From Candidatus Eremiobacteria bacterium (GTDB lineage: Bacteria > Vulcanimicrobiota > Vulcanimicrobiia > Vulcanimicrobiales > Vulcanimicrobiaceae), in the NCBI GenBank assembly GCA_963758295.1, contig CAVWUU010000004.1, positions 576,001-640,000 of the forward strand: 64,000 nucleotides of DNA, written 5' to 3'. Shown here one piece after another: positions 1 to 9,464 of this stretch. The stretch's first letter is position 1; every line of letters begins with the position of its first letter. Made by a program: the position numbers and the translations under genes. The notes beneath the pieces were generated by a model, which was given only the letters and a program-made list of their open reading frames with translations, did not search any database and was not told the origin of the DNA.

Positions 1-329
1 TCAATCTCGAGTGGAACGTTCGAATGGATGAGGATCTACAAGGGCGTTCTGCGATGGCGCTGTACCGCATCGTGCAGGAAGCACTCACGAACATCGTCAG
101 GCACGCTCACGCGCGGAACGTAAGCGTGCGGATCGCTACGAGTAAGCAGACTGTCGAGGTACATATTTCCGATGATGGCCGCGGCTTTTCGGAGGAGCAT
201 GGCGATGGTCACGGGCTCATCTCGATGCGCAATCGCATCGAATCGCTCGGTGGAACTATAACGATTGAATCGTGTGAAGGCGCCGGTACGCGCATAGACC
301 TAACGTTCCCGACGGCCGGAAACGCATGA
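1..329 (+). CDS. Sensor histidine kinase, C-terminal HATPase_c domain (NarX/UhpB type), 5'-truncated by window edge
   Basis: Frame open from position 3; motifs LYRIVQEALTNIVRHA, DDGRGF, GHGLISMRNR, GTRI; overlaps the next gene by ATGA. Confidence 0.9.
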   Translation, partial: NLEWNVRMDEDLQGRSAMALYRIVQEALTNIVRHAHARNVSVRIATSKQTVEVHISDDGRGFSEEHGDGHGLISMRNRIESLGGTITIESCEGAGTRIDLTFPTAGNA

Positions 330-970
330 AGATTCTTCTTGCCGACGATCAGGCGGACTTCCGCTCAAGTCTTGCCGATTTACTCTCGCGCGTTCCCGGC
401 ATTGAGGTCGTCGGCGAAGCAAGTAATGGAAAAGAAGCCGAGTCGCTCGCAATGCATTTGCGGCCAGACGTGACGCTCATGGATATTCGAATGCCGGTGC
501 TTGATGGCATTGCGGCGACCGCGGCTATCCGCCACGCATGGAAGGACGCGTGCATCCTTGTTCTCACAACGTTCGACGAGGACTCGTTGATTGAAGCGGC
601 AATGCGTGCCGGCGCAACCGGTTATCTCCTCAAAGGCACACCGCTCGACGACCTGATCGCCATTCTTCATCTGGCACGCCGGGGCTACACCGCGATTGGA
701 AGAGGCTCCGTCCGCGAACGACCGGTTCCAGCCGATGACGAGCTGAGCAAACGCGCTGCTCTGCTTTCGGATCGCGAAAGACAGGTATGGGCGCTCATCG
801 GCCAGGGGCACACGAATGGCGACATCGCGGAACGTCTACACCTCACTAAGGGTACGGTCAAGAACTACGTTACGACGATCCTCGGCACTCTACAGGTGCG
901 GCACCGAACTGAGGCGGCGCTACTCTGGAGGCACGCGCAGGGCCGGCGCGGCATTTCGACTTGCACGTAA
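326..970 (+). CDS. NarL/FixJ-family response regulator (REC + LuxR HTH)
   Basis: ILLADD, LMDIRMP, GYLLK, LSDRERQV...TVKNYVTTIL. Confidence 0.95.
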   Translation: MKILLADDQADFRSSLADLLSRVPGIEVVGEASNGKEAESLAMHLRPDVTLMDIRMPVLDGIAATAAIRHAWKDACILVLTTFDEDSLIEAAMRAGATGYLLKGTPLDDLIAILHLARRGYTAIGRGSVRERPVPADDELSKRAALLSDRERQVWALIGQGHTNGDIAERLHLTKGTVKNYVTTILGTLQVRHRTEAALLWRHAQGRRGISTCT

Positions 971-1050
971 TGGTGAAGTACGAGAGCGCGGATGCGAAGG
1001 CGATCGTTCTCGAGCGGTTTTATCAGAGATCGGCGTTGGCGGCGGTGAGG

Positions 1051-1082
1051 TGCGCATGTCCTTCGACAGGCTCAGGATGACG
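1051..1082 (-). repeat. Solitary REP-like copy (TCCT/AGGA variant)
   Basis: tgcgcatgtccttcgacaggctcaggatgacg matches the right arm of the array units. Confidence 0.85.
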
Positions 1083-1161
1083 GAGGCGACGAGGATTGGA
1101 AGCAAGGAGCTAAGGGGTTGTCAACTGCCCGGAACGTCCGCTAGAGCCTCCCCACACAAGC

Positions 1162-1186
1162 GTTTCCGCGCCGACGGAGCGGGTAC
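1162..1186 (+). promoter_or_regulatory. Putative SigB/SigF-like promoter GTTT-N15-GGGTA
   Basis: GTTT 1162-1165, GGGTA 1181-1185, 10 nt before ATG 1196. Confidence 0.5.
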
Positions 1187-1195
1187 CAAGGTCAG

Positions 1196-1279
1196 ATGGA
1201 ATCTCTGCCGCTGCGTCGCACCGAAGTTCGGCTTCCGGATGGCCGGTATCTGATTTTCTATTCGCGCGAGCGGCGATAG
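1196..1279 (+). CDS. 27-aa ORF resembling the detached N-terminal segment of GalT (MESLPLRRTEVRLPDGRYLIFYSRERR)
   Basis: ATG 1196 to TAG 1279; the stop overlaps the galT GTG; R-T-x(3)-L-P-D-G-R-x-L-I-x-Y resembles the N-terminus of actinobacterial/Thermus-type GalT. Confidence 0.65.
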   Translation: MESLPLRRTEVRLPDGRYLIFYSRERR

Positions 1280-2250
1280 TGTCGGAACTGCGGTGGAACC
1301 GCTTGCTCGGACAGTGGATCGCAACGGCGACTCACCGGCAAGAGCGAACGTTTTTGCCTCCGCGGGAATACTGCCCGCTGTGTCCCACGCGCGACGACGC
1401 CTTTGCGACGGAAGTTCCCGCAGCGTCGTACGACATCGTGGTCTTCCAAAACCGCTTCCCAAGCTTGAGTTTGCCGCCGCCGGAAATGGCCGTTGAACCC
1501 GGCTCGTTCTTCAACGCCGCTCCATCGAAGGGTGTATGCGAAGTGGTGCTATACACCGACGACCACCACGCGACGTTTGCCGATCTCTCGCCGGAACGCG
1601 TTGAGGACGTGATTGCGGTGTGGCAGGAACGCACGGCGGCACTCGGGTCGCTCCACGATATTCAGTACGTCTTCATCTTCGAAAACAAAGGCGAAGCGGT
1701 CGGCGTGACGCTCCATCATCCGCACGGACAGATCTACGCGTATTCTTTCGTTCCGCCGATCATCGCCACGGAGTGCGCACAGCTGGCGGGTTACCGCAAC
1801 GACACCGGGCGCTGCTTGTTGTGCGACTCGCTTCGCGAGGAACTGAAAAACGCCGAGCGCGTCGTCTTCGAAAACGATTCATTTGTGGCCTATGTGCCGT
1901 TTGCGGCCCGGTGGCCGTATGAGGTGCACGTCGTGGGAAAACGCCACTTCGGCGCGTTGCCGGAACTTTCGGCTGCCGAACGGCGCGATTTAGCGGCGAT
2001 GCTGCTTGAGCTGACGGCCGCATACGATGCATTGTTTTCCCGATCGTTTCCCTACGTTATGGCGTTGCATCAAGCACCCGCGAAAGAACTGGACGAACTT
2101 TCGCATTTCCACATCGAGTTCTATCCGCCGATGCGATCGGAGTCGCGTTTGAAGTACCTGGCCGGGTCTGAAATCGGCGCGGGCATGTTCATCAACGACA
2201 CGCTGCCCGAAGAGACCGCGCAACGGCTGCGAGATGCCCGAAAGGCGTGA
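1279..2250 (+). CDS. galT: Galactose-1-phosphate uridylyltransferase
   Basis: ELRWN..LGQW, CPLCP, FENKG..GVTLHHPHGQIY (HPH active site). Confidence 0.95.
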   Translation: MSELRWNRLLGQWIATATHRQERTFLPPREYCPLCPTRDDAFATEVPAASYDIVVFQNRFPSLSLPPPEMAVEPGSFFNAAPSKGVCEVVLYTDDHHATFADLSPERVEDVIAVWQERTAALGSLHDIQYVFIFENKGEAVGVTLHHPHGQIYAYSFVPPIIATECAQLAGYRNDTGRCLLCDSLREELKNAERVVFENDSFVAYVPFAARWPYEVHVVGKRHFGALPELSAAERRDLAAMLLELTAAYDALFSRSFPYVMALHQAPAKELDELSHFHIEFYPPMRSESRLKYLAGSEIGAGMFINDTLPEETAQRLRDARKA

Positions 2251-3398
2251 TGCTTCGCGACCGCGTCATAGAGGAGCACCATCGCCGGTTCGGCACGGTA
2301 CCGGCACTGTATGCCGCACCCGGGCGCGTAAATCTGATTGGCGAGCATACCGATTATAACGACGGCTTCGTGCTGCCAATGGCGATCGAACGCGAAACCA
2401 TCGCGGGCATTGCTGCGAACGATCGTCGCGAGCATCGCGTTCACTCTCTCGAATTGCGGGAGACCGCGCATTTCTCGCTCGAGCAGCCGTTTGCGCGCCG
2501 AGGCGATTGGAGCGACTACGCCGGCGGGATGCTCGCGGCACTACGTGAAGACGTTCCGTTCGACACGGCGTTCGACATGACGATCGGCAGCACGATTCCG
2601 CTCGGCGCGGGGCTTTCTTCTTCCGCCGCATTCGAAATAGCGATTGCGCGCGCCGTTTTCGCCGCTTCAAATGTCGACGCACCCGGCGAGCGGCTTGCTC
2701 TGGTAGGGCGTCGCGCCGAGCATGACTTCGTGGGCATCCGCAGCGGCGCCATGGATCAAATGGTTTGCGCGCTGGCGCAGAAAGGGTGCACGTTTTTCCT
2801 AGACTGCCGCTCCTTGACCTATGCGCACATTGCGATGCCGGCAGGCGCCGGCGTGGTCGTGATGCATAGCGGCGTCAAACATTCGCTCGCATCTTCCGAG
2901 TACAACGTGCGGCGCGAGCAATGCGAAACGGCCGTCGCTTTGATGCGGGATCTCGGCGCCCCAATCGACGCGTTGCGCGATCTAACGCCGGAGGCGTTTC
3001 AGCCGTACGAGTCACGGCTGCCGTCGCCGGCGCGGGAACGTGCGCGCCACGTGATCTACGAAAACGCGCGCACGCTCGATGCCGTGCGTGCTCTGGAGAT
3101 CGGCGATTTGCCGCAGCTTGGGCGTTTGATGAACGAATCGCACGAGTCGCTGCGGGCGTTATACGAAGTGAGCACTCCGGAGCTTGACGATCTTGCGCAG
3201 ATCGCACGAAACGTCGACGGTGCGTTCGGTGCGCGAATGACCGGGGGCGGGTTCGGCGGCTGCGTTATCGCCTTGGCAAGCGAGACCTCGGTCAACCGCG
3301 TGCAAGACGTGGTCCGCGGCGCATACTATGAAGCCAGAAACATCGAGCCGGTGATGTTTGTCACCCGGGCGAGCGAAGGCGCCGCATCGACGGCTTAA
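2247..3398 (+). CDS. galK: Galactokinase
   Basis: APGRVNLIGEHTDYN, PLGAGLSSSAA, GARMTGGGFGG. Confidence 0.97.
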   Translation: MMLRDRVIEEHHRRFGTVPALYAAPGRVNLIGEHTDYNDGFVLPMAIERETIAGIAANDRREHRVHSLELRETAHFSLEQPFARRGDWSDYAGGMLAALREDVPFDTAFDMTIGSTIPLGAGLSSSAAFEIAIARAVFAASNVDAPGERLALVGRRAEHDFVGIRSGAMDQMVCALAQKGCTFFLDCRSLTYAHIAMPAGAGVVVMHSGVKHSLASSEYNVRREQCETAVALMRDLGAPIDALRDLTPEAFQPYESRLPSPARERARHVIYENARTLDAVRALEIGDLPQLGRLMNESHESLRALYEVSTPELDDLAQIARNVDGAFGARMTGGGFGGCVIALASETSVNRVQDVVRGAYYEARNIEPVMFVTRASEGAASTA

Positions 3399-3430
3399 AT
3401 GCAAAAAACCGCGAACCGATAACGTCATAG

Positions 3431-4948
3431 TTGAGACTAGCCAAACCGACCTACGCAAACCCCGTGCATCGCGGAGATTACCCCGATCCCTCGATCGTTC
3501 GCGTTGGGAAAAACGACTTCTGGGCGACCGTGACGTCGACGGAGTGGGCGCCGCATTTTCCATTGCTGCACTCCAAAGACTTGATTCACTGGGAGCAGGT
3601 CGATGCGGTCTTCACCGAGCGGCCCAACTGGTCGCGCGGTAAATTTTGGGCGCCGGAAATCTCAATGCACGACGGCCGCTTCTACGTCTATTACGTTGCC
3701 GAACACACCGATGGGCCGCTTACCGTTGCCGTCGCGACGGCGGACCGTCCTGAAGGCCCGTACACCGATCATGGTCCGCTTGTCGGCCAAGCGTCCGGCT
3801 CCATTGACCCTACGACGATCGCCGGCGAAGACGGGCGCGTCTACCTTCTTTGGAAAGAAGACGGCAACAGCCGGGGATTGCCAACAACGATTTGGATTCA
3901 GCCTCTAAGCGATGACGGGCTCTCGCTAACCGGCGAGGCGGTCGCCATTTTGCAAAACGACTGCGCATGGGAAGGCGACGTCGTCGAAGGCCCGAGCGTT
4001 ATCCGCCGCGGCGGCTGGTTCTATTTGTTTTACTCCGGCAATGCGTGCTGCGGAGCGGATTGTAAGTATGCCGTCGGCGTAGCGCGTGCGCGTTCCGTTC
4101 TTGGGCCCTGGGAAAAGTACGGCCAAAATCCCGTAATCGATAGCAATGCGCAATGGCGCTGTCCGGGCCACGGCAGCGTGGTCGATACCGCTGACGGGCG
4201 CACGTTTTATCTCTACCACGCCTACTCGCGCAGTGGCTCGATTTACGTTGGCCGGCAAGTCTTGCTGGACGCAATTGAGTGGTCCGGCGATTGGCCGGTT
4301 GTAAACGGCGGCAACGGCCCAAGTTCGGTGGCCGCCGCTCCGTTTCGGCGCGCGCAGCGGCGCGCAAGCGGCAAATCTGTGTGGCAGTGGCCGCACACGA
4401 CGCGCCCGCGTGTCGTGCGTCACCCTTTGCGCCGCGGCATGTTCATAAGCGACAGTGCCGAGGCTTCGACCGGCGATATCTTAGGGTGCGTACTTGCGCG
4501 CCCGATTCTCGAAACCGAATACCACGCCGAAACAGGCATCTCGATTCGCTCCCTAAAGCCCGGCGTTCAAGCCGGTCTAACGGCATTCGGCGACATTGAC
4601 AATGCCGTTGGTGTCGGGATTCGCGATGGGATTGTTGTTGTATGGCGACGTTCGCGCGGACGTCATCGCGAAGTTTCAACTGTCCCGGTAAAGCGATGCA
4701 CGACCGTTCGCTTCCGCATGCACGTGACCAACGGTTACGAATACCGTTTTTCCTATAGTCTCGATGGCCGTCGCTGGCACGACATCGAGCCCGTGGTACG
4801 TGCGCCGCATCTCACGCCGTGGGATCGCGGCATCCGCGTTGCGCTTACCGTTGGCGGAGTGGCCAACGCAAAAGCGCGATTTAAATGGTTCGCAATGCGT
4901 TCGTCTCGACCGGACGGCTCGTTGCTGCGTCGCATCGCTTCATTGTAA
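3431..4948 (+). CDS. Glycoside hydrolase family 43 with C-terminal beta-sandwich
   Basis: NPV..GDYPDPSIVR, FWAPE, SIDP, VVEGP, PGHGS; TTG start; no signal peptide. Confidence 0.9.
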   Translation: MRLAKPTYANPVHRGDYPDPSIVRVGKNDFWATVTSTEWAPHFPLLHSKDLIHWEQVDAVFTERPNWSRGKFWAPEISMHDGRFYVYYVAEHTDGPLTVAVATADRPEGPYTDHGPLVGQASGSIDPTTIAGEDGRVYLLWKEDGNSRGLPTTIWIQPLSDDGLSLTGEAVAILQNDCAWEGDVVEGPSVIRRGGWFYLFYSGNACCGADCKYAVGVARARSVLGPWEKYGQNPVIDSNAQWRCPGHGSVVDTADGRTFYLYHAYSRSGSIYVGRQVLLDAIEWSGDWPVVNGGNGPSSVAAAPFRRAQRRASGKSVWQWPHTTRPRVVRHPLRRGMFISDSAEASTGDILGCVLARPILETEYHAETGISIRSLKPGVQAGLTAFGDIDNAVGVGIRDGIVVVWRRSRGRHREVSTVPVKRCTTVRFRMHVTNGYEYRFSYSLDGRRWHDIEPVVRAPHLTPWDRGIRVALTVGGVANAKARFKWFAMRSSRPDGSLLRRIASL

Positions 4949-4964
4949 GAAACCGACACCACGC

Positions 4965-4990
4965 GTTTGCGATGTCGTCGTTCGCGGTAA
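4965..4990 (+). promoter_or_regulatory. Putative SigB/SigF-like promoter GTTT-N16-CGGTAA
   Basis: Same motif and spacing as at 38163-38188; lies just before ATG 4999. Confidence 0.45.
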
Positions 4991-4998
4991 CGATGCAC

Positions 4999-6099
4999 AT
5001 GGCAAGCCCGTTGCATCCAGTCCTTTGTTTTTCGCATCTGCGCTGGAATTTCGTATTCCAGCGGCCTCAGCACGTAATGACGCGTCTTGCAAACATGCGT
5101 CCCGTGTACTTCATCGAGGAACCGGTTTACACTCAGGCATCTTCGCGTTTTGATGCGCGCGTAGATGGGCGCGTAACGATTCTGCAACCGCAGCTTCGCG
5201 AAGGATGCGATCCCATTGCAGAACAGCAAGGCTTACTCGACACATACTTCGGCACAACGCCGGCGGAAACCGTGTTGTGGTATTACACCCCCATGGCGTT
5301 GCCGTTTAGTTCGCATCTCAAAGGCGTGCGCGTCTATGACTGCATGGACGAGCTCTCGCTCTTTGCCGGTGCGCCCGACGATTTGCCGCAACGCGAACAA
5401 GACTTGCTTCGTGCCTCGGACGTGGTCTTTACCGGCGGCAAGACGCTGTACTATGCGAAGCGCAAGAGTCACCGCAACGTTCATTGCTTTCCGAGCGCGG
5501 TCGACCGCGACCATTTCACGTATCGTGCGCGGCCCCTCCCGGACGACATGCCGCGTGGGCGTCCGGCGATCGGGTATTACGGCGTCATCGACGAACGCTT
5601 CGATGCACGGTACGTCGGAGAACTGGCAACGCTGCTGCACGACTGGAACGTTTGTATTGTCGGCCCGGTCGTGAAGATCGATCCCTCGATACTGCCGCAA
5701 GCGCAAAACATTCACTACCTCGGCATGAAGTCGTACGACGCATTGCCCGCCTACTTAGATAACTGGAACGTCGCGTTCTTGCCGTTTGCACTGAACAACG
5801 CGACGCGTTTCATCAGTCCAACGAAGACGCTGGAATATCTCGCCGCCGGGAAGCCCGTGATCTCCACGCCGATCGCCGATGTCGTTGACCCTTATGGCAC
5901 CGAGGGAATCGTTGCCATCGCAGAAACCGCCGAGAAAGCATCACGTTACGCGCGCGCCATGCTAAGCAATCGTCCTGCTTCGGCATGGGAAGCGCGCGTT
6001 GATTCAATTCTGCGCGCTGCAACGTGGGACTCGACGGTGGAAAAGATGGCGGCGCTCGTTGCAACGGCGGCCGCCGCATCCGTCGAGGTGGCCGGATGA
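4999..6099 (+). CDS. GT-B glycosyltransferase of the glf-associated family
   Basis: CFSHLRWNFVFQRPQH, YDCMDELS, ISPTKTLEYLAAGKPV; start uncertain (4972/4993/4999). Confidence 0.88.
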   Translation: MASPLHPVLCFSHLRWNFVFQRPQHVMTRLANMRPVYFIEEPVYTQASSRFDARVDGRVTILQPQLREGCDPIAEQQGLLDTYFGTTPAETVLWYYTPMALPFSSHLKGVRVYDCMDELSLFAGAPDDLPQREQDLLRASDVVFTGGKTLYYAKRKSHRNVHCFPSAVDRDHFTYRARPLPDDMPRGRPAIGYYGVIDERFDARYVGELATLLHDWNVCIVGPVVKIDPSILPQAQNIHYLGMKSYDALPAYLDNWNVAFLPFALNNATRFISPTKTLEYLAAGKPVISTPIADVVDPYGTEGIVAIAETAEKASRYARAMLSNRPASAWEARVDSILRAATWDSTVEKMAALVATAAAASVEVAG

Positions 6100-7220
6100 A
6101 ACCTGCGGCAATCGATTATCTCATCGTCGGCGCGGGATTTGCCGGAAGCGTCATGGCCGAGCGTCTTGCGCGCGATGCCGGAAAGCGTGTGCTCCTCGTC
6201 GACCGCCGGTCCCACGTCGGGGGCAACGCCTACGATTGCCGCAACGCCGATGGCATCCTGATCCATCAGTACGGTCCGCATATCTTTCACACTAACTCCG
6301 CCGACGTCTTTGCTTACCTTTCGCGATTCACGGCCTGGCGTCCGTACGAACATCGGGTGCTCGCGTCGGTGCGCGGAAAGCTGCTGCCCATGCCGATCAA
6401 CCTCGATACGATCAACGGGCTCTACGGGCTGCATCTGACGGAAGAGGAGCTGCCGGAGTTCTTCGAGCGGCGCGCCGAGCCGATGGAGCAAATCCGTACG
6501 TCTGAAGACGCGGTCGTGTCGCGCATCGGTCGAGAACTCTACGAGCTGTTTTTCCAAGGGTATACGCGCAAGCAGTGGGGCTTGGACCCAAGCGAACTCG
6601 ACGCCTCGGTAACGTCGCGCATTCCGGTGCGAACGAACGACGACGATCGGTATTTCGGCGATCGTTTTCAAGCGATGCCGCTTCACGGCTATACCGCGAT
6701 GTTCGAGAAGATGCTCGACCATCCGAACATCGAGATTGCCGTGGGCGTGGAATACCGGGACGTTGTGCGTGATACGCGAGGCGCAGAAATCATCTTCACG
6801 GGGCCGGTAGATGAGTTCTTCGACTACCGCTTTGGCCCGCTGCCCTATCGTTCGCTTCGCTTCGAGCATCAAACCTTACCGCGCGAGTGGCATCAGCCCG
6901 TTGCGGTGGTCAATTACCCGAATGACCGCTCGTACACGCGCGTAACCGAATATAAGCATCTCACTGGACAATCACATCCAAAGACGAGCGTAACGTTCGA
7001 GTACTCGCAGGCCGAGGGCGACCCATACTATCCGGTCCCACGTCCGGCAAACGCGCAGTTGTACGCCAAGTACAAGGCTCTCGCCGATGCCACAGCCGGC
7101 GTTCGCTTTATCGGACGTTTGGCAACGTATAAATACTACAACATGGATCAGGTCGTCGCGCAGGCGCTTACTGCGTACGCAAAAATGCGAGGAGCGGCGG
7201 CATGGGTCGACGTGGCATAG
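6096..7220 (+). CDS. glf: UDP-galactopyranose mutase
   Basis: VGAGFAG, GGNAYD, HQYGPHIFHTN, GRLATYKYYNMDQ; start placed at the ATGA overlap. Confidence 0.97.
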   Translation: MKPAAIDYLIVGAGFAGSVMAERLARDAGKRVLLVDRRSHVGGNAYDCRNADGILIHQYGPHIFHTNSADVFAYLSRFTAWRPYEHRVLASVRGKLLPMPINLDTINGLYGLHLTEEELPEFFERRAEPMEQIRTSEDAVVSRIGRELYELFFQGYTRKQWGLDPSELDASVTSRIPVRTNDDDRYFGDRFQAMPLHGYTAMFEKMLDHPNIEIAVGVEYRDVVRDTRGAEIIFTGPVDEFFDYRFGPLPYRSLRFEHQTLPREWHQPVAVVNYPNDRSYTRVTEYKHLTGQSHPKTSVTFEYSQAEGDPYYPVPRPANAQLYAKYKALADATAGVRFIGRLATYKYYNMDQVVAQALTAYAKMRGAAAWVDVA

Positions 7221-8521
7221 CGTTTTGGGGCGGCATCGAGTGCACGGTGAACCGCGTCGGCGACGCCTATTTCGACCAAGTACGGCGCACCGGGCATCAC
7301 GACCGTCTTGAAGATCTCGACCGCATCGCATCGCTCGGCGTGACGGCGGTCCGCTATCCGGTGCTCTGGGAGCGCGTGGCGCCGAACGGTCTGCATCTCG
7401 CCGATTGGTCCTGGACGGATGAACGGCTGGACCGCCTTAGAATGCTCGGTATCGAGCCGATCCTCACCCTTCTGCATCACGGCAGCGGACCACGCTATGC
7501 GACGCTGCTCGACGATGATTTTCCGGCGGAATTCGCCGCCTTTGCCGGACAAGTCGCGAGAAGATATCCATGGGTGACGAAATACACGCCGGTCAACGAA
7601 CCGCTTACGACGGCGCGCTTTACGTGCCTGTACGGGCACTGGCATCCGCATCGCCGTGACGACGCGTCGTTCGTTTCGGCGCTGCTTAACCAATGCCGCG
7701 CGACGGCGCGCGCGATGGACGCTATTCGTGAAGTAAACGCCGGCGCGGAACTCGTTCAGACCGAAGATCTCGGCAAGGTGCATGCTACCGCGCCGCTCGC
7801 ATACCAGGCGCAGTTCGAAAACGAACGCCGCTGGCTTTCGCTCGACTTGCTCTTCGGCCGTTTCGCGGAGAACGGTGCGATGTCGCGGTATTTTCAACGG
7901 CTTGGGCTTTCGCCAGACGCGAAGGCCTACGCGGATTGCCTTTCACCGCCGGACATCGTCGGCTTCAATTACTACGTTACCAGCGAAAGATTTCTGGATC
8001 ATCGCGTCGCGCTTTATCCCGAGCGTTGCCATGGCGCAAATGGGATCGATTCCTATGCCGATGTCGAGGCCGTTCGCGCGCGCCCCGAGGAACTCGACGG
8101 GTTTGCGGTGTTGGCGCGTGAGGGCGCTCGCCGTTACGATTGCGCGATCGCCGTCACCGAAGCGCAGCTCTGCGGCGAACATGGCGAACAGCTTCGGTGG
8201 GTCGACGAACTTTATCATGAAACCGCCGCCTTGTATGCATGCGGAATAGACGTGCGCGCGTTCACGCTCTGGTCGCTCTTCGGCGCATACGATTGGAATA
8301 GACTAGTCACCGCAGAGCAGGGCGACTACGAAAACGGGTGTTTCGATGTTGCGGGCCCGGGCGTTTGCGAGACGCCCCTAGCGCATTGGGCTCGCGCGCA
8401 TGCTAACGGCGATGCGTACGACCATCACGCGTTGCGCCGGCCTGGGTGGTGGCGTCACGAATCCCGCTTGCTGTATGGTGCGGCGCATGAAAATGCAGAG
8501 ACCGTTGTCAAGGTCTCCTGA
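7202..8521 (+). CDS. GH1-like glycoside hydrolase (glf-cluster type)
   Basis: WGGIECTVNR, RYPVLWE, TPVNEP (acid/base), GFNYY, AVTE (nucleophile). Confidence 0.85.
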   Translation: MGRRGIAFWGGIECTVNRVGDAYFDQVRRTGHHDRLEDLDRIASLGVTAVRYPVLWERVAPNGLHLADWSWTDERLDRLRMLGIEPILTLLHHGSGPRYATLLDDDFPAEFAAFAGQVARRYPWVTKYTPVNEPLTTARFTCLYGHWHPHRRDDASFVSALLNQCRATARAMDAIREVNAGAELVQTEDLGKVHATAPLAYQAQFENERRWLSLDLLFGRFAENGAMSRYFQRLGLSPDAKAYADCLSPPDIVGFNYYVTSERFLDHRVALYPERCHGANGIDSYADVEAVRARPEELDGFAVLAREGARRYDCAIAVTEAQLCGEHGEQLRWVDELYHETAALYACGIDVRAFTLWSLFGAYDWNRLVTAEQGDYENGCFDVAGPGVCETPLAHWARAHANGDAYDHHALRRPGWWRHESRLLYGAAHENAETVVKVS

Positions 8522-9449
8522 TTCGGCGACTGCTGAGGATCGCTTCCAGATCGGCGATCCGCATGGTTTTCGGGTGGACGTTTTGGCCTATGGAGCAACA
8601 ATTGCGGGGATTTTCGCGCCCGATCGGGACCGGCATTACGCAAATGTCGTCTTGCATTACGCCGACGAAGCGGCGTACCGGGAGCAGCCGTGGTATCTCG
8701 GTGCGACGATCGGCCGGTACGCGAATCGCATTGCCGGCGGCTCCTTCACGCTGGACGGCACGGTATACGAGCTATCGAAGAACGAGCAGGGCGTCACTCT
8801 ACACGGCGGAGTAAATGGCTTTGATAAGGCGACGTGGGAGGTGCTTGACGCAACGCCCGACTCGCTCGTTCTGCAACACGTTAGCCCGCACGGCGACGAA
8901 GGTTTTCCCGGGACGCTCGCGGCAGCGGTGACCTTTCGGATACGAGGAAACGACACACTCGAGATCGCTTACCGTGCCACAACGTCCGCGCCGACGATCG
9001 TGAACCTCACCAATCACAGCTATTTCAATCTTACCGGCGATGCGTCGAACGGCATATGGCACCATCTTCTCCAACTACATGCATCCTCGTTTACGCCCGT
9101 CGACGCGCGCAAAATCCCGACCGGGGATATCGAGCCTGTTGCCGCAACGCTGTTGGACTATTGCCATTGGCGTGAAGTCGTTCCTATGGATTTTAACTTC
9201 GTGCTCGATGAGGCGAGCGCGCCGCGCGCAGCGGCAGAGTTGTACGACCCGACTAGCGGCCGTGCGTTGCATATCACGACGACAGAGCCGGGTATTCAAG
9301 TTTTCAGCGGCAAGGGCAACGGCATTGCGTTGGAAACTCAGCATTTTCCCGACAGCCCGCATCATCGGAACTTCCCTCCTACCGTGTTGCGCCCCGGCGA
9401 AGTGTACGAGACGACAACATCGTACGAATTCACGCAACCGTCTCCTTAA
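8487..9449 (+). CDS. galM: Aldose 1-epimerase (galactose mutarotase)
   Basis: GATIGRYANRI, LHGG, NLTNHSYFNL, LETQHFPD; start uncertain. Confidence 0.93.
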   Translation: MKMQRPLSRSPDSATAEDRFQIGDPHGFRVDVLAYGATIAGIFAPDRDRHYANVVLHYADEAAYREQPWYLGATIGRYANRIAGGSFTLDGTVYELSKNEQGVTLHGGVNGFDKATWEVLDATPDSLVLQHVSPHGDEGFPGTLAAAVTFRIRGNDTLEIAYRATTSAPTIVNLTNHSYFNLTGDASNGIWHHLLQLHASSFTPVDARKIPTGDIEPVAATLLDYCHWREVVPMDFNFVLDEASAPRAAAELYDPTSGRALHITTTEPGIQVFSGKGNGIALETQHFPDSPHHRNFPPTVLRPGEVYETTTSYEFTQPSP

Positions 9450-9464
9450 GGTGCGCTCCGTGAT

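Noticed and set aside
5946..6872. Long antisense ORFs (also 20511-21548, 29824-30738, 46717-47706, 49180-50058)
   Set aside because: Shadow frames of well-supported genes in GC-rich DNA, with no recognisable motifs
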